Shown: positions 23,813 to 37,340 of the stretch, one piece after another
How positions within the stretch are numbered: position 1 is the stretch's first letter
Layout of the letters: every line of letters begins with the position of its first letter
Assembly: GCA_021613535.1 (NCBI GenBank)
Contig: CP075493.1
Location: forward strand, 14,756,001 to 14,820,000
DNA: 64,000 nucleotides
Origin: Adineta vaga
Lineage: Eukaryota; Animalia; Rotifera
Direction: 5' to 3'
Notes under the pieces: generated by a model
Databases searched by the model: none
Told to the model about the DNA's origin: nothing
Seen by the model: the letters and a program-made list of their open reading frames with translations, nothing else
Translations under genes and position numbers: made by a program

Positions 23813-24137
23813 TCATTTTAGAAGACGAATGCGAATGGTGTAAGTTAAATTTATTTGCTTTCAATTGTGACTGTAGTTTCTTAACGAAAGAATTATAAGT
23901 GGATACACGATTATCTTTTATTACAACATATTTTTCTTTGTCTTTCTTTCCTATATACTATATGAAAAAAATCGAATGTAAGTCTTATTGAGAGTGAGCG
24001 TGTGATAAAGGCAAACTGTAGAATAAAATGAAACTCGGCATCAGTTGTTTTTCTCCAACTAAGTATCTATATATCTATATATATATATACGAGATGAACT
24101 GGAGATGACTTGATTAAAAAATATTCGTAAGACTAGT

Positions 24138-25617
24138 ATGACAGAAAACACTTTTCAATTGATATTAACACAATTAGATGAAATACAAAATCATGAAGAT
24201 TTCATAATTATTTGGTTCCCTTCAAATGGACGCATAGCAAATGAAGAGAATATGGGTGATTATTTAAAGAAATTCGATTCTTTAGAGACTTTGAATAATT
24301 GTATACAAGAAGTACAGATTGAACGTAAAATTCTTTTGGTTTTAACAGATTCGTTCGATCGTTTACCATATTTTGATCAATTATTGCAAATTCATGTGAT
24401 CTATATTTTAAACAAATCTACTCAAAATATCGAATATAGAAATTATACACCCTCAAAATTAGTTGATATTTTCACAGATGAATATACATTAATTGAAAGA
24501 TTACGTCGAGATATTCTTCTTACATATCGATCAGATTTCTCGATAGGTATTTTCCGTGTACAAGACACGACAATTGAATTAAGTTCAACGATTTTAGATG
24601 AAACAGCGATGATGTTTATGTGGAATCAAGCATTTATTTATTATCTCGTGAATTCACCATTATTACCTACAGATATGATTCAACTTAAACAAGAGATGGT
24701 CAGTCAATGTCGATTAGAATGTATAGGTAAGCCTCATGCATTAGTTCAAATCGATAATTTTGATAAGAATTGTACTCATAAGAATGTTCTAGAATGGTAC
24801 ACGCAAGATTCGTGTATTTATAGTCTATAGTTAATAGAGTATTTCGTACTCGAAATATGCATTTAATTTGCAAATTTCGATATTTTATTATATTTTTAGA
24901 TGACAAATTGAAACAATTAAACGACAATCAACAAGTAGAAAATTATCCTCGTATCTATCGTGGACAAGAAATGAAAATATATGAAATACAAAATTTAATA
25001 TCAAATATTGGAAATCTTATTACAACAAATACAATAATGTCAGCAATACGAAATCGAAATATTGCAGAAATATATTTGCCTATAAATGAAATCAATGTTC
25101 TATTCGAAATATTTATATTCTTAATGGAATTTCTAGTCTATTTTTTCCATTTGCTGATATTTCTGAATTTAGTTGGTTTCCCGAAGAACAAGAAACTCTC
25201 TTCTTTTCTGGTTCAGTTTTTCGAATTGAATATGTCCAATCAAACATTGACTCAACATGGATTGTTAAATTAACGTTAACAAATGAAACAGTTTTACTGA
25301 CAAAACACTTAATCAATATATTTAGTAAAGAACTAAATTATAAACTATATTGGAATGATTTTTTTACAAAAACATACGATTTAATCCTTCTGGGAAAATA
25401 TTATACATTGTTAACAGATAAAAATTATTCAACTAATCTAATATTAACAAACCGAACGAGTATTGATATATGTTATTTACTTAATAATTTAGGTAATTAT
25501 GAAAATATAATCGAATATTATAAGAAACTTTTATCGGCTATGAAATCTATTGTTCTTAATATAATTATTGGTTATGATTATTATCATCTTTTCGAGTATT
25601 ATGATACATTATACTGA
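24138..25617 (+). pseudogene. Arginine-type (R-S-E) ADP-ribosyltransferase with TPR-like tail, frameshifted
   Basis: WYTQDSCIY/VNRVFRT, IYRGQ, TNTIMSA, VLFEI and FADISEFSWFPEEQETLF..GSVFRI are spread across three frames. Confidence 0.8.
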
Positions 25618-26872
25618 AAAATTATCGGAAACAATTAAAAAGTGAAACGAATCTTCAACCAATTAAACATGCAGATATATCTTGAGGGTGTCGATGATTT
25701 CTCTTATAACTAAAAATGTTTGTATGTTATGAACAATCAAGCATTTATGTCTTATACGATTCGATGTGATCGTTTGATGATGATGCACATGTCTCCAAAA
25801 AAAAACATTTTGATTCTGTAAGAAAAATCGAAAGTAACTTGTCGACACATAACTGAATAGTAAACAGGGCACTCTCACATGAAACGGAGTGCAGTTGGTA
25901 GACATCTTGGCAGAATGGAGCAAAAAATCTACCTATACATTCTGCTGACGTCAATACGAAATAAAGAAATGTTTGAATTCCATTCACTATTGAAGTTGTT
26001 GCATCCTTTTTACGAAGAATTTCAAAAGCAACGAGCCTTTGAAGAATGTGGGGGCAGTCTTATTGTGAAACAATAAGTAGGTGTTCACCCTCCGTTGATA
26101 TTTATTTTTGCAAGAAGAGTCATACAATCTCTGATTTGAAATTTCTATAATGATAAAAGACGAAATAAATACATTAATGATAAATCAAGCAAGACAGAAT
26201 AACTATGAATAAAATTGACTATCAACACATAACGAAGTTGTAAATATTTTTATTGAAATTATCAGTCATATCTATATTCATATTTTAATCAAATGCTATA
26301 CTACTTATCAGTAACACAAATATTGAAATTTTTATCAACTTTAGCAAGTACCACCCGTCTACTGTTGTCATTAATCAAATTAATGAACTTAGAAATGAAG
26401 ATAATTCTTCTTGCATCTTATCGATTTCATGACTATTTCAATATCATCAACCAAAACAGAAAGAGTATCTGCTAAAATACGATGAAATGATACCTAATGC
26501 GTTTCGTACTCATAGCATAAGAACAGTCGCATAACAGTGAAATGGTGGTTGCATTTTTACTATTTGTTTTCTCTCCCTCTTTGAGAATGCAAAAATTGAG
26601 TCTCCAAAACATTTTTAACGTGAAAGAGTATTGCACACCAAGGAGCGATTCCTGATTATGCCCTTAGTCCGTACTGATCTGATTAGAATGAATATAACCA
26701 AATGTCTTTGCGGATAGTTGATCTATCCTTGAATAAATCAAGTGATATGCATTTAATACAAGCTATAGTCAAAATGTACGTTGAAAATATTAATTTCAAG
26801 TTCTACAAAGAATAATTAATGGTACAACAAAATAAATAAAAGTATTGTTTTCGTTGAAATGAATTATTGATA

Positions 26873-28472
26873 TTAATATCCAAATGAAATGCCAAGATTA
26901 TCAAAAGCTAATTCAGTTCCATTTTGACTCCATCCAGAAACTGGAAATCCAATTGACGTTGCAAACGAAATTGTATCTATATTAGTGCAAATACCACATG
27001 AAAATGTGGTCGAGTTTATTGGATTGAGTACACGGCTATTGCTCAATCTTAGTGCGCCTGATCGATATAATGCGATGGATACTGTGAGATTATCTCGCCA
27101 AGCAGAAATCCATGTGATCCGATCAAAGGAAAAACTCGAACCATTCGCCGATGCTATCGTAAAATTAATGCCTCCTGGATTATATGCAACATAGGGTGAG
27201 GCAGGTAAAAATTTCAGAAAACCGCTTGTTGGCATTGATGACCCATTCAAATAGTTGACATTGGTCCAAGTAAGACCATTATATCCATTTGGAACAACTC
27301 CCGATGACGATGATTGACTAGGAATATCATCGAATGTAACAATTGTTGAAGAAACACCTAATAAAATTTAAGAAAACCGAAGAAGTTATGTATCATGAAT
27401 CTGAAAACAATGTTACTTACCAGGTTTTGTGGTTGTCGTTGTACTAGTTGTAGCAGATGTACTAGTGGTTTCAGTGGTTGTAGTAGAAGTGGCAGACGTA
27501 GTACTAGTAGTGGCCGACGTGGTACTAGTGGTGGCAGACGTGGTACTAGTTGTGGCAGACGTGGTACTAGTGGTGGCAGAAGTTGTACTGGTAGTGGCAG
27601 ACGTTGTACTAGTAGTGGCCGACGTGGTACTAGTGGTGGCAGAAGTTGTACTGGTAGTGGCAGACGTTGTACTAGTAGTGGCCGACGTGGTACTAGTGGT
27701 GGCAGACGTGGTACTAGTTGTGGCAGATGTCGTACTTGTAGTGGCAGTAGTTGTGGTAGTAGTAGCGCTGGTTGTACTAGTGGTAACGCTGGTAGTAGTA
27801 GTGGCCGATGTCGAAGTAGTAGATGTACTTGTCGTCGTATTCATATTGACTACAATAGATTTTCATAGAACTGAAATATCTTTCATTTTGATTTTTGACA
27901 CATACTCGTTACTGCTGCTGCATTTGTATTTGTGTCTACAATTCAAATAAAATCATCTAATTTCGTGTTTATTAAAAGAAAATATTTAGATGCACAGTAC
28001 ACTAACTCATATTGTATTGAAAAAAAAGGATTCATTGATATGAAATGTATAGTTTTTTATTCGAGTTTTAGTTCTCAAAAAACTATAGTAACCAAGTATT
28101 ATATCGCTACTGTTATGAAATCGCACGTCCTTTACTGATTTCTAATTTACAGAACGAAGAAAAAATAAATACCTGATTTTCTTAATCCCAACACAAGGCC
28201 TGTAATCAATGCAGCAATTGAGAGAACAACAATTAACCCCACAAAAGAACAGCAACAACAACGATGATTTCTGAAATATGATTAATAGATAAACAAAACA
28301 AATTAAAATTATAAAGATGTTCTCACTGAAACCAGGTACAGAGTTGACGTTTGCCAGCATCACGGTTCTCTGAACCTTTGTCGGATTTGATATGCGAAGT
28401 TGGTGTCCACGCTCGATATTTGTCTTCTGATGTCACAATTCTTGGAGCACTGCTTATTTTATCAGAAATCAT
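26873..28472 (-). CDS. Type II membrane protein with Thr/Ser mucin stalk and a C-terminal bacterial-like beta domain (5 exons)
   Basis: Four GT-AG introns join in frame the N-terminus, a TM segment (VGLIVVLSIAALITGLVLG), (TTSTTSA)n and TIVTFDDIP..VPNGYNGLTW..YVAYN..SAWRDNL. Confidence 0.75.
27485..27745. repeat. 21-bp coding tandem repeat (TTSTTSA), about 12 units
   Basis: Units such as GTGGCAGACGTGGTACTAGTA repeated head to tail. Confidence 0.95.
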
Positions 28473-30159
28473 TGTGACTTATGAACAATCAAAGAAATGA
28501 AACGTGTGTTTATTCAGTCATCTATGTTTTTATACGATTTATGCGCGATCATTCCCTAACGACACGCATGTGCGTCATTTGAAGAACACAATTTTTTTTC
28601 AACCTATATTGCAAAATAAAATTGATTAGAGGCATTGGAAGAAATTGAAATCGTTCCTCCTACACATCATTCAAGAGTAAATAAGGTGTCCATACATATG
28701 AAAAACGTGTGCATTTGGAGAAAAGCTTAATGAAGAGAAGCAAAAATAACACCTACACATTTCGATGACGTCAATGCCAACTCTGAAATGTTTGAATTTC
28801 ATTAACAATCGAGTTTGTTTTATTCTTCTTGCCAAGAATTGCGAAAAAAACAAGAAAGGAACATCGAATAAAACTACATATTACAATAACAAATTCTTTT
28901 TTAAAACAGATGCCATACTAATAAACAGTAAGAACTTTATTTCGAGATGGATGTGTGGGTAAATTTTTAATGTAACAGTGCGTTGGTGCTTTTTTTCTAG
29001 TGCGAATTTCTTGTGAAAAAGAACGGAAGAGGCATTGTTTCTTAGATTTGGAATTCATGTGACCATAATGAACAGATTGAATACAACAACAGCATTATAG
29101 AGTTTATCATAAAAAGAAATTTTTGAATACGTTTATCGAAATTAAGCGCTATAGTTTGCTGTACACGGAATTGTGATGTACTATTTCAATAAACACATTG
29201 ATATTATCTTATACAGATCTTTTACCATTTCAACATCATTTTTCGTTTATGAAAAGTTAGTGATAGTTTAACTCATACAGTCTTTCAATATATATATATA
29301 TATATATATATATGACACCAAACGATAGAAAGCTCAGACTATAAATAATATGTTTTGGTACATAACTCAATAAGCTGCATCATTTTATTAAAGTTTTGTA
29401 TGAAAGTAGAGCATCAAAAACAAAATTAATAGAGAATTTTTACCTTACTTGTAATTAATTATGATAGGCCTCTTATATATGTTTGATGTATATTGCTTCT
29501 TCACAAATAATGTAATTAAAGATAATATTCATCATTGACACGTAGAAGAAATCCTACGTATACACAGTCAATTCATTTCACTATTTGTTCGTTCTTCAAT
29601 TAAAGTTAAATGATCGATTATTATAGATTTGCCTAGAAGGTTGGTTTTTTTTACTCCTTTTGATTTAAAGTGTGAATAACTATAATGGGAACATCGTTAT
29701 TGCTTAACGGTAAATATCACGATAAGATTTGTAATTCATTCTGCACTGTAATAAAAAAACCGGTGCTGAGTTATTGAAATATTGTCATTCAAATAAATAG
29801 TTCTATCGTTTTAGTCCATTTTATCTGTTAATAGACTTTATTAAAACTACAGCTTAATTTTGATCAACCGACTAGAAAGTCGATCTTTTTCGAGCAGATA
29901 CAAATGTAGGAACTTATTAACAATATATGTATTACTAAACAAAAGAAATAGACACGAAATCTAACGACGAGTAAAACAAGAATGTTCTGAGCTGTAAATG
30001 TTTTTTGAAACGGTATCATTCTGAGAAGAATATTCTTCTGATAGTAGAATATTTATGTGAGGTTAGAAGTTAAACACTTATTTTACATATATATATTCTA
30101 CTATGAGTCGTTGAGACTTCTTGCTTACTAATTTATATAGACTGAGATTATAGTAATAA

Positions 30160-30505
30160 TGTAACATGGTCAGTCAACATGTTTGGAATTTTATCGACTG
30201 TTCTTCTCGGTGGCGCTCTATTGTATGTATATTCTTATTAATATGAATGATTCAACATTGGATGGCGTCTTTAGTGCCACTTCGTTAGGCAAGTTTCATT
30301 ATTACTTTTGTTTCCTTACGCTTTGAACAATAATTATAATATATCTTTCAGCTGTTGCACCTTATCCTTTGGATGCATTTGCTCCAAGCTCCTATCTTAT
30401 AATTGTGGGCATAGAATTATTGATTCTATTGTTAGCAGTTATTTTCAATCCGATCACATATTATTGCCGCCGTCGTGCGAAGATAAATGAAATATATCAT
30501 GTATG
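30160..30505 (+). CDS. 3' exons of a small multi-pass membrane protein (5' structure unresolved)
   Basis: Last exon after TTTCAG reads VAPYPLDAFAPSSYLIIVGIELLILLLAVIFNPITYYCRRRAK..*; upstream hydrophobic exon and splice-like sites. Confidence 0.35.
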
Positions 30506-30966
30506 AACAAAGAACGAACGTCATAACAAATGAAATAAAATAAAACAAAGTAATAATGATCAAACCCGTTCAATACAGACGCAATGATGGGCAAACAGGT
30601 CGACATCTTCTAACATTTTCCTCGTGAAAATTTCTATTTCGTAATAAGATTTCGAATTTTGTTTTGAATTTTGTCATTAATTCTGTACAAATTTATCCTA
30701 ATTACTATCAATTTGCTAAGAGGATCGAAACTTTGTACTCACTCATCCTTTAGTACATTAAAAATCTGGATAGTTTCTGAATTAGATATCTCCATCTATA
30801 CCATTGCTCAACTTTATATTTTCTTCCTTATTATAAAACAGACTCTTACAAAAAAACACGTCATTATGTATATAGAAAAAAAGCACGTGTTTGATGTAAG
30901 GCCGTGTAAATACTTGTTTTTTCTCTCATGCTATAGTGATCGATCAACAAGAAAAAGGAATAAATT

Positions 30967-32423
30967 ATGGCTGGTAAAACTTCGAAAAATGAGTATTATA
31001 ATGATGATGAAACAAATGATAATGCGTCAGATGAAGACGATTGGTTAAAGGAAACGAATCAGATAGTTCGTCGATGTCCATCCGTAAATCTTCTTGATCA
31101 ATACTATCAACCAGAGGAATTTGAAACTAAGTTTGTTACATATGGTGATGGCGGTTCAGCGACTCTTCAATATCCCATATGGATATTTGATGGTTTATCT
31201 AATTCTATTAATGACAACAATACCGATGTTAGAGAAGAGTTATTACAAACATTTTATCAATTGAATGATCAACGAAAAGATTTTCACAAATATCCATCAC
31301 CTGTAGAAGATATTATTGATCCAGATCTTTTACCATATAAACCTAGTGGACCTCCACTCACCTTAAATCTATCATCTGATGACGACCATCCAAATTATGA
31401 TTCCGATGAAGATACAACTGAAAATGAAACAAATGCTACTTCTTCATTCTTACGTGATACTTATCAATGGACTCCAAGTGAATTTCGAATCGTGCATGAT
31501 ATAGATAAATGTGAAGTACATATCGAAACACCTATTAATCATTTACCAATGACACAACAATATGAAACTACCTACCGAAATCTAGAAAAGATATTTGTCA
31601 AATTAGTACCAATGTTTGGAGAAATATTACGCTTGAATACAAGTAAAGGTGATACACGATTACAAGTTATTGTGAAAGTACAAAGTTATAATCTTCAACC
31701 AGGTGAATTAATCTGCTTCAAATAAGTATGAATCATTGACGATATCTTTGTTTTTTGTTAGGAGTGAAATATTCTGGCCGGTGGCACACAGAAGGTCGTA
31801 CGGAGAATATCGAAGCAGTTGGTGTTTATTATTTGTACATCGATGATGAACTTGAAGGTGGTGCACTCAAATTTCGACCATCAAGAACACCAGACAAAAC
31901 ATATGCGGAATGGAGTAACATTGAAGTCAATCGTTATGTAATGCCCAGAACTGATACTGCGATTGTTTTTGCCAACAGTCTACCACATCGCTTCTGTTCG
32001 ATGCGAAATGCTACTTCGATTGCTCGTCGTCGTACATTCATAAATTTTTTTGTTGTTTCTCCAAACTATCCAATTGATAGTTTATCAATATCAGATTTTC
32101 CGTTGGTTAGTTATGAACAATGTCGAAGTCTCTTAGCAAAAATTGAAGATGAATATCAACGAACAATATTGCCTGATTTGGTGATTGAAAAGATTCTTTC
32201 GTTCCTCAAAAATAATATGTGGAAAATGGATGAAGATGCAAAAGAATTTCGAGGACGTGTTCGGCGTGAACTGCTCGATGAGAAGAGTGGTTGGGCAGGT
32301 ATTCATTTTGGTAATAGTGGTGATATTGTTTTTATAAAATCAAATGCTGATTTATCTCGCAAAGAACGACGTTCTGGATCTCATAATGTGCCTTCCGTTC
32401 TGGATCATACCGAATCTGATTAG
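30967..32423 (+). CDS. DUF4246-like / 2OG-Fe(II) oxygenase-fold protein; join(30967..31702,31762..32423)
   Basis: A 59-bp intron gives LQVIVKVQSYNLQPG|VKYSGRWHTEG..AVGVYY..GGALKF..FANSLPHR (HxE...H triad); also IIDPDL and YQWTPSEF. Confidence 0.82.
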
Positions 32424-33153
32424 AGGATATAAAACAAAAATGAATTGAAATGAACGTTGAATAGAGAGTTATATATATCGGTATTCAAGATTATAACTTC
32501 AATGTAGTTGTTTTTCCAAATAAATATAATTATTCTAGAGTATTTATTTTGTTTTTGGCAAAACAATCAATGCATTAGAAGGAGTGGATGTGAATAATGA
32601 ATTGAACAATCACTATTATATTAACTCTATTCTTTATATTCGTCTTGAAGGGATGTGGATGTAGATGATTCGATAACAATAATAATTACTTTAATTTCTG
32701 TATCGAAATATACTGTAATTAGTCTTTTGCTTTGGACGATCTTGACAGAAATTTATCATCCAATTATATCTTTTATAATCATTATTCTATCTACATCAAT
32801 TGTTATTATAATGACAACACGATAAGATGAAAATATGAATAAACATCAGATCTATCGAAAATTATTTTAGGAATATCTTGTTTGATTCTTTCATTTATAT
32901 GCGATTGTATGTTTATACCATCGAAAACTTACAGAAAAGAACTAAACATATCGATTAAACAAATAGGAAATACAACTACAACACGTTTGCAATGACTTTT
33001 GATGAGAATGTGGGTGGTCATTGTATCTCATTCTCACTCTCACTATGCATATAGTCATTTTATATCGTGAAGATAATATTGAAGAATTTTATTAAATATG
33101 TGATCATTACATTTACATGCATACATATTATCTTTCGGAAAATTCTTCGTTGT

Positions 33154-34401
33154 CTATTTATGACTTCCATCCCATCGGCCGTTCGCTGCACAACAATCCT
33201 TGTCACATAATCGATACCATGAATCTTGATCCATTTTATGAGCTTGATTCGTACGAATGAGAAGTTCTTGCTCGGCAGTATATATATAACAATTCATTTC
33301 TTCATGATCTTGAAATACCCAAAAGAGCGGTGCAACAAATCGTACGCGCTGCGCCAGACTATTCCAATCACTTGCAGCTGTATGATCTAATTGAAGCGTT
33401 GTTGAATTCAACATTTTCAACATGACATCACGTGCTTCTGGTAGTGTCAATTTTGTCAAATATGGTGAAAAATCTGATCCATTATGTGTACCTGAAGGTA
33501 TATTCTGTTCGGCCAGGATACGATGTGAACCAACGATAATGTGTACCATAAGTTTAGTAGCAATACTATTAACTAACTCAGGACATTCAGAAGCGTTTTT
33601 ACTTGGCCAAAATCGACACCATGCCAGCGTATAACCAGGAAGAGATGCATTGATATATGGATCTACGTGCGTCTGTTCTGCTAAACCGGCATACATGCTT
33701 TGAATAAGAATGAGTTGATCGCGTTCAGTATATGTTAACGATCCATCTCTTCCAAAATGAGCTTTAAAGAGTGCCCAAAATGCTTTTGCTAAAGGACATT
33801 CACCATCTGCACACACGTTTTTCTGAATAAAGTCCGCTAATCGTGCATCATCTGGTTTTGTTGTCTCGGCACAGAATTCCATCCCATACCGCGAATAGGG
33901 CTGAGCAATATCATTAAAAATCAATCTATTACCGTCACCGAGTGCGATTGCTGTATGTTGAAGAATGTCTTTGAATAATAGTTCAACGACTTTGAACGGA
34001 ATTCGATCGAGAACATTTTGCATCCATTGTGGTAATTTACGAATAACATACGTCCACAATTCGGGTATCGACTGTTGACGAATACTAAATCCGACGGCAT
34101 GTGATGACCACGATGCTAACGATGTCCATGGACCAATAGCAGGAAAACCGGGTGTGCTATCGGGAGCTGTTCGAAACAACTTTTGAAACGAATGACTAAT
34201 ATCTTGATACCAAAGATTGATTGCCCAATTACGTGCAATAATATCGGTCATGTTTAAAATTTCCAACTGTCTCTCATATAGAAGATGAAAACATTCACAC
34301 GATTCTAAAGGAATTCCTGGACAAGCACTAACACGATCATCTGCAAAACCAATGTTTACGATCGTTAGAGTAATAATAGACCAGTTAATCACTAGATGCA
34401 T
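33154..34401 (-). CDS. Secreted 415-aa protein resembling an uncharacterised bacterial helical family
   Basis: Signal-peptide-like N-terminus; intronless; motifs ARN..I..WY, WTSLASWSS..G..IR, GNRLIFNDI, G.AEQ, DW.SL..RVRFV..LF. Confidence 0.75.
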   Translation of the reverse strand: MHLVINWSIITLTIVNIGFADDRVSACPGIPLESCECFHLLYERQLEILNMTDIIARNWAINLWYQDISHSFQKLFRTAPDSTPGFPAIGPWTSLASWSSHAVGFSIRQQSIPELWTYVIRKLPQWMQNVLDRIPFKVVELLFKDILQHTAIALGDGNRLIFNDIAQPYSRYGMEFCAETTKPDDARLADFIQKNVCADGECPLAKAFWALFKAHFGRDGSLTYTERDQLILIQSMYAGLAEQTHVDPYINASLPGYTLAWCRFWPSKNASECPELVNSIATKLMVHIIVGSHRILAEQNIPSGTHNGSDFSPYLTKLTLPEARDVMLKMLNSTTLQLDHTAASDWNSLAQRVRFVAPLFWVFQDHEEMNCYIYTAEQELLIRTNQAHKMDQDSWYRLCDKDCCAANGRWDGSHK

Positions 34402-34855
34402 TCTATTGGTATCGATAAAAGAAAAATGAATGCAAAACTAGAATGATGTGTTATCTGTTAACGCAATTACCATGTATTTTTCATCACTTGTCCTATATTA
34501 ATCGCACTCAACAGCAGGTGTTAGTTCTCAGATTTACTTCTTTCAAATCGTTAAAAAAAACCAATAAGTAAAAGAGAGAAAGTAGGTTGTTTTAACTTCA
34601 TACACATCCATGTTGCACGTTTATAAAATTATTTTTATAAATGAAGATAAGGACATTTTTTAATTCATTTTTGGTTAATTTTCTAACAAATGTTTCGTAA
34701 TCTGTTGCAGTTATTCAAAGCGATGTCAATAACTGTATTAAAATATCATGATATTTTTGTTGAAAAAAGGGCGTTAGAGTTCTATAAATCGTTAACGTTT
34801 TTTTCATTTCACTATTCCTTGATGATAGTAGAAGTAATGAGGCTCTACAACGTCA

Positions 34856-34905
34856 TTGAGAGTGTGGGTGTGGGTAAGACTATACTCGACATGCTCACTC
34901 ATACC
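34856..34905. repeat. Telomere-like hairpin element (opposite orientation to the 48348 copy)
   Basis: TTGAGAGTGTGGGTGTGGG..CTATACTC..CTCACTCATACC; the core is the reverse complement of GAGTATAG. Confidence 0.75.
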
Positions 34906-35439
34906 GGCTTGGCATAATACCAGCAAACTATTTGTTTTAAACAATTAGTCATTGATTAAAACTGATCGTAGATTCGAATTGTTCATCTTTTGATAAAGTT
35001 GTATGCAGAAAAAAAATCGCTTTTAATATCCACTTCGTTTTGAATCCATCAGCGAAGTGTGGACGGATGATTCATGTTTTTGAGACTGAACGAGGAAATC
35101 AAGAAAAATAGTGTAAAGAGAAAACCACGTCCATATGAAAATCTTATCGAATATTCTGACATTATGAGATTGTTATTGGTATTTTCTAATAGGTTTGCCA
35201 ATGTTGCAGTTCCATCGAAAATGTAATTCTGGTAATTTTGTTCTAAGATCTTTAAAAGTCATAAGACATACAAAAAGAACTAATGATGGCATTGATAAAG
35301 AGAACTCAACGATCTGTTCACTAATATTTGAACCAAAATTTGAATCATAACACGTTTCCTAATTGCATTGTGAAATATATTTCATTAGTAAGAACAAAAC
35401 GGCTAAATATGCCGAATAAATTTATATAAATAATAATCA

Positions 35440-37340
35440 AGAAATTGATATAACAAACAATACGAAAGATATAGAAGGCCAAATTATACCAAAATAATAA
35501 GAACTTAAATTCCAATAAACATAACCATAACATAAATTACCATTATAAACAAAACATGCAAAAGCACTAATAATTTGACCAACAATTGTTGGATATGTTG
35601 CATTAATCCAACCTGATGCATATGTTCCACATACAAATCCTTGGCCAGAATTTGGTGGTGATGTTGCTAATTTTGTTTCACCTGGACTTACAAAACGAAC
35701 AAATGTTGGAACATTGAGACTAACATTATTTAAAATAGTTGAATCACAACCTCCAGCTACACCTGCTTTTGTTAAACGTGTTGCATCACTGATTGTCGTA
35801 TAATTATAACATTGTGCAGGTAATAACGCAGTCGTTGTAACTAAAATTAAACAAAATCAAATAAGTTTGTCTATATTTGTTGTTAGTTACGTGGTTTGGT
35901 TGTTGTTGTTGTTAATGATGACGGAGGAAAGGGTGTTGTAGTTGAACGAAATAAAATAGTAGAAGGTATTTGAACAATTGAATATGATGTTGATAATGCT
36001 AATCCAATACGATTATTTTGCATATCAAATATATACTATAAAAACGTCTCATAAAAAAATCTCCAAGAATCCAAATTGGATTTGTATTTGCATCATTTTG
36101 ATTAGTTGATGATATAACAGTATAACAGAAATAATTCGTTGGACCACCAACTATTTGCAAATACATCAAGGGTGTTAAGGTGAATGAAACGCCACTGATG
36201 ATTATTGTTATGTTTGGAAATGCTGACAATGGCTTTCTTTGACAATCAACAGTATACTAAAACTATTAATTGAATTGCAATGTAGAACTTTTACATGTTT
36301 TCTTACCCAACCGAGTGATGAATTGAATGTCGCATCTAAAATTGAATTAATCGTATTTATGTAATTTGAGGGACCAAGAATCGCCGCTGTTGTTCCCGTA
36401 TCTAAAATGGCATTGATCGATGTTACGATTGTTGTTGTTGTTGTTGTTGTTGTTGATTCAATAGTTAAACTAACACTATCAGCAACAAGTTCCCAAAAAC
36501 CTTTGAGACTAACAGTTGCATAAGTGAAACATCCCGTATATTTTGTTGTATCATAACCACCTAAAATTAATTCACCCGTATCGGAACCAGTCGATAATCT
36601 ATTAAATAAAGAAAATAATTTTCAAATACATGGTTAAAACTAAACTTACGGTCCAAACCAAAAGCCAAATAAAGGAAGAGTTAATTGACCAGCTTGAAAC
36701 ATTGCCCATATAACTGGTACTCCACCACCACTTCCAATACTTTGATAATCCATACCTAATAAACCATCACGTACACTTCCATTCATACCAATCGCTGAAT
36801 TAGCAATTGCAAAAGATTGTTTGGAAACAGATATACCAGCAATCTATATAAAAGACAAATAAAATATGAGATATTCTCCTCTGTTTTTTTCTTCGTCTTA
36901 CATTAACTGTATCAATTGCCCATGTTCCATTAACATTGCTTCCATTACCATATTTAAGATTTTTTGATGCCTTACACGTTGATGATAAACTTGGATTGAA
37001 TGTATGATTACCACCTATTATGAACAAAATTGTTAATTAATTAAGATAAATAATTGATTATTTTACCGCAAGAACGACCACATTGTATTCCTGGTATCCA
37101 AAGATCACTTGATCCAGTATCAAAATCGACATAAAATGTTTGACCTGGTGTACCAATTGTAATTGGACCTATCCAATATGTCTAAAGATGAAAATTAATT
37201 TTGAATTTCTTTAAAAATTCGAATTCTTACTCGCCAATATACATCTAACAATGTTTCATTTGCTGTTGTAGGTATAACTGATCATTTACTTCTTGTTGAC
37301 GATGTTGTTGTTATTGTAGTATCATTTCTACTCCGACATT
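35440..37340 (-). pseudogene. Pepsin-family (A1) aspartic protease fused to a C-terminal D8C-like Cys domain; disrupted, multi-exon
   Basis: [40 protein letters not shown]; TGA at 37282..37284 and a 2-nt insertion near 36030. Confidence 0.82.

Noticed and set aside
25663-26475. Short ORFs after the ART pseudogene
   Set aside because: No recognisable motifs; probably chance ORFs or heavily decayed sequence.
27395-27950. Plus-strand ORFs (Val-rich and Arg/Ser/Gly-rich) and a CRISPR-like periodicity
   Set aside because: Antisense shadows of the Thr-rich coding repeat; units are contiguous with no unique spacers.
29288-29312. (TA)n microsatellite and similar short TA runs
   Set aside because: Ordinary for AT-rich DNA.
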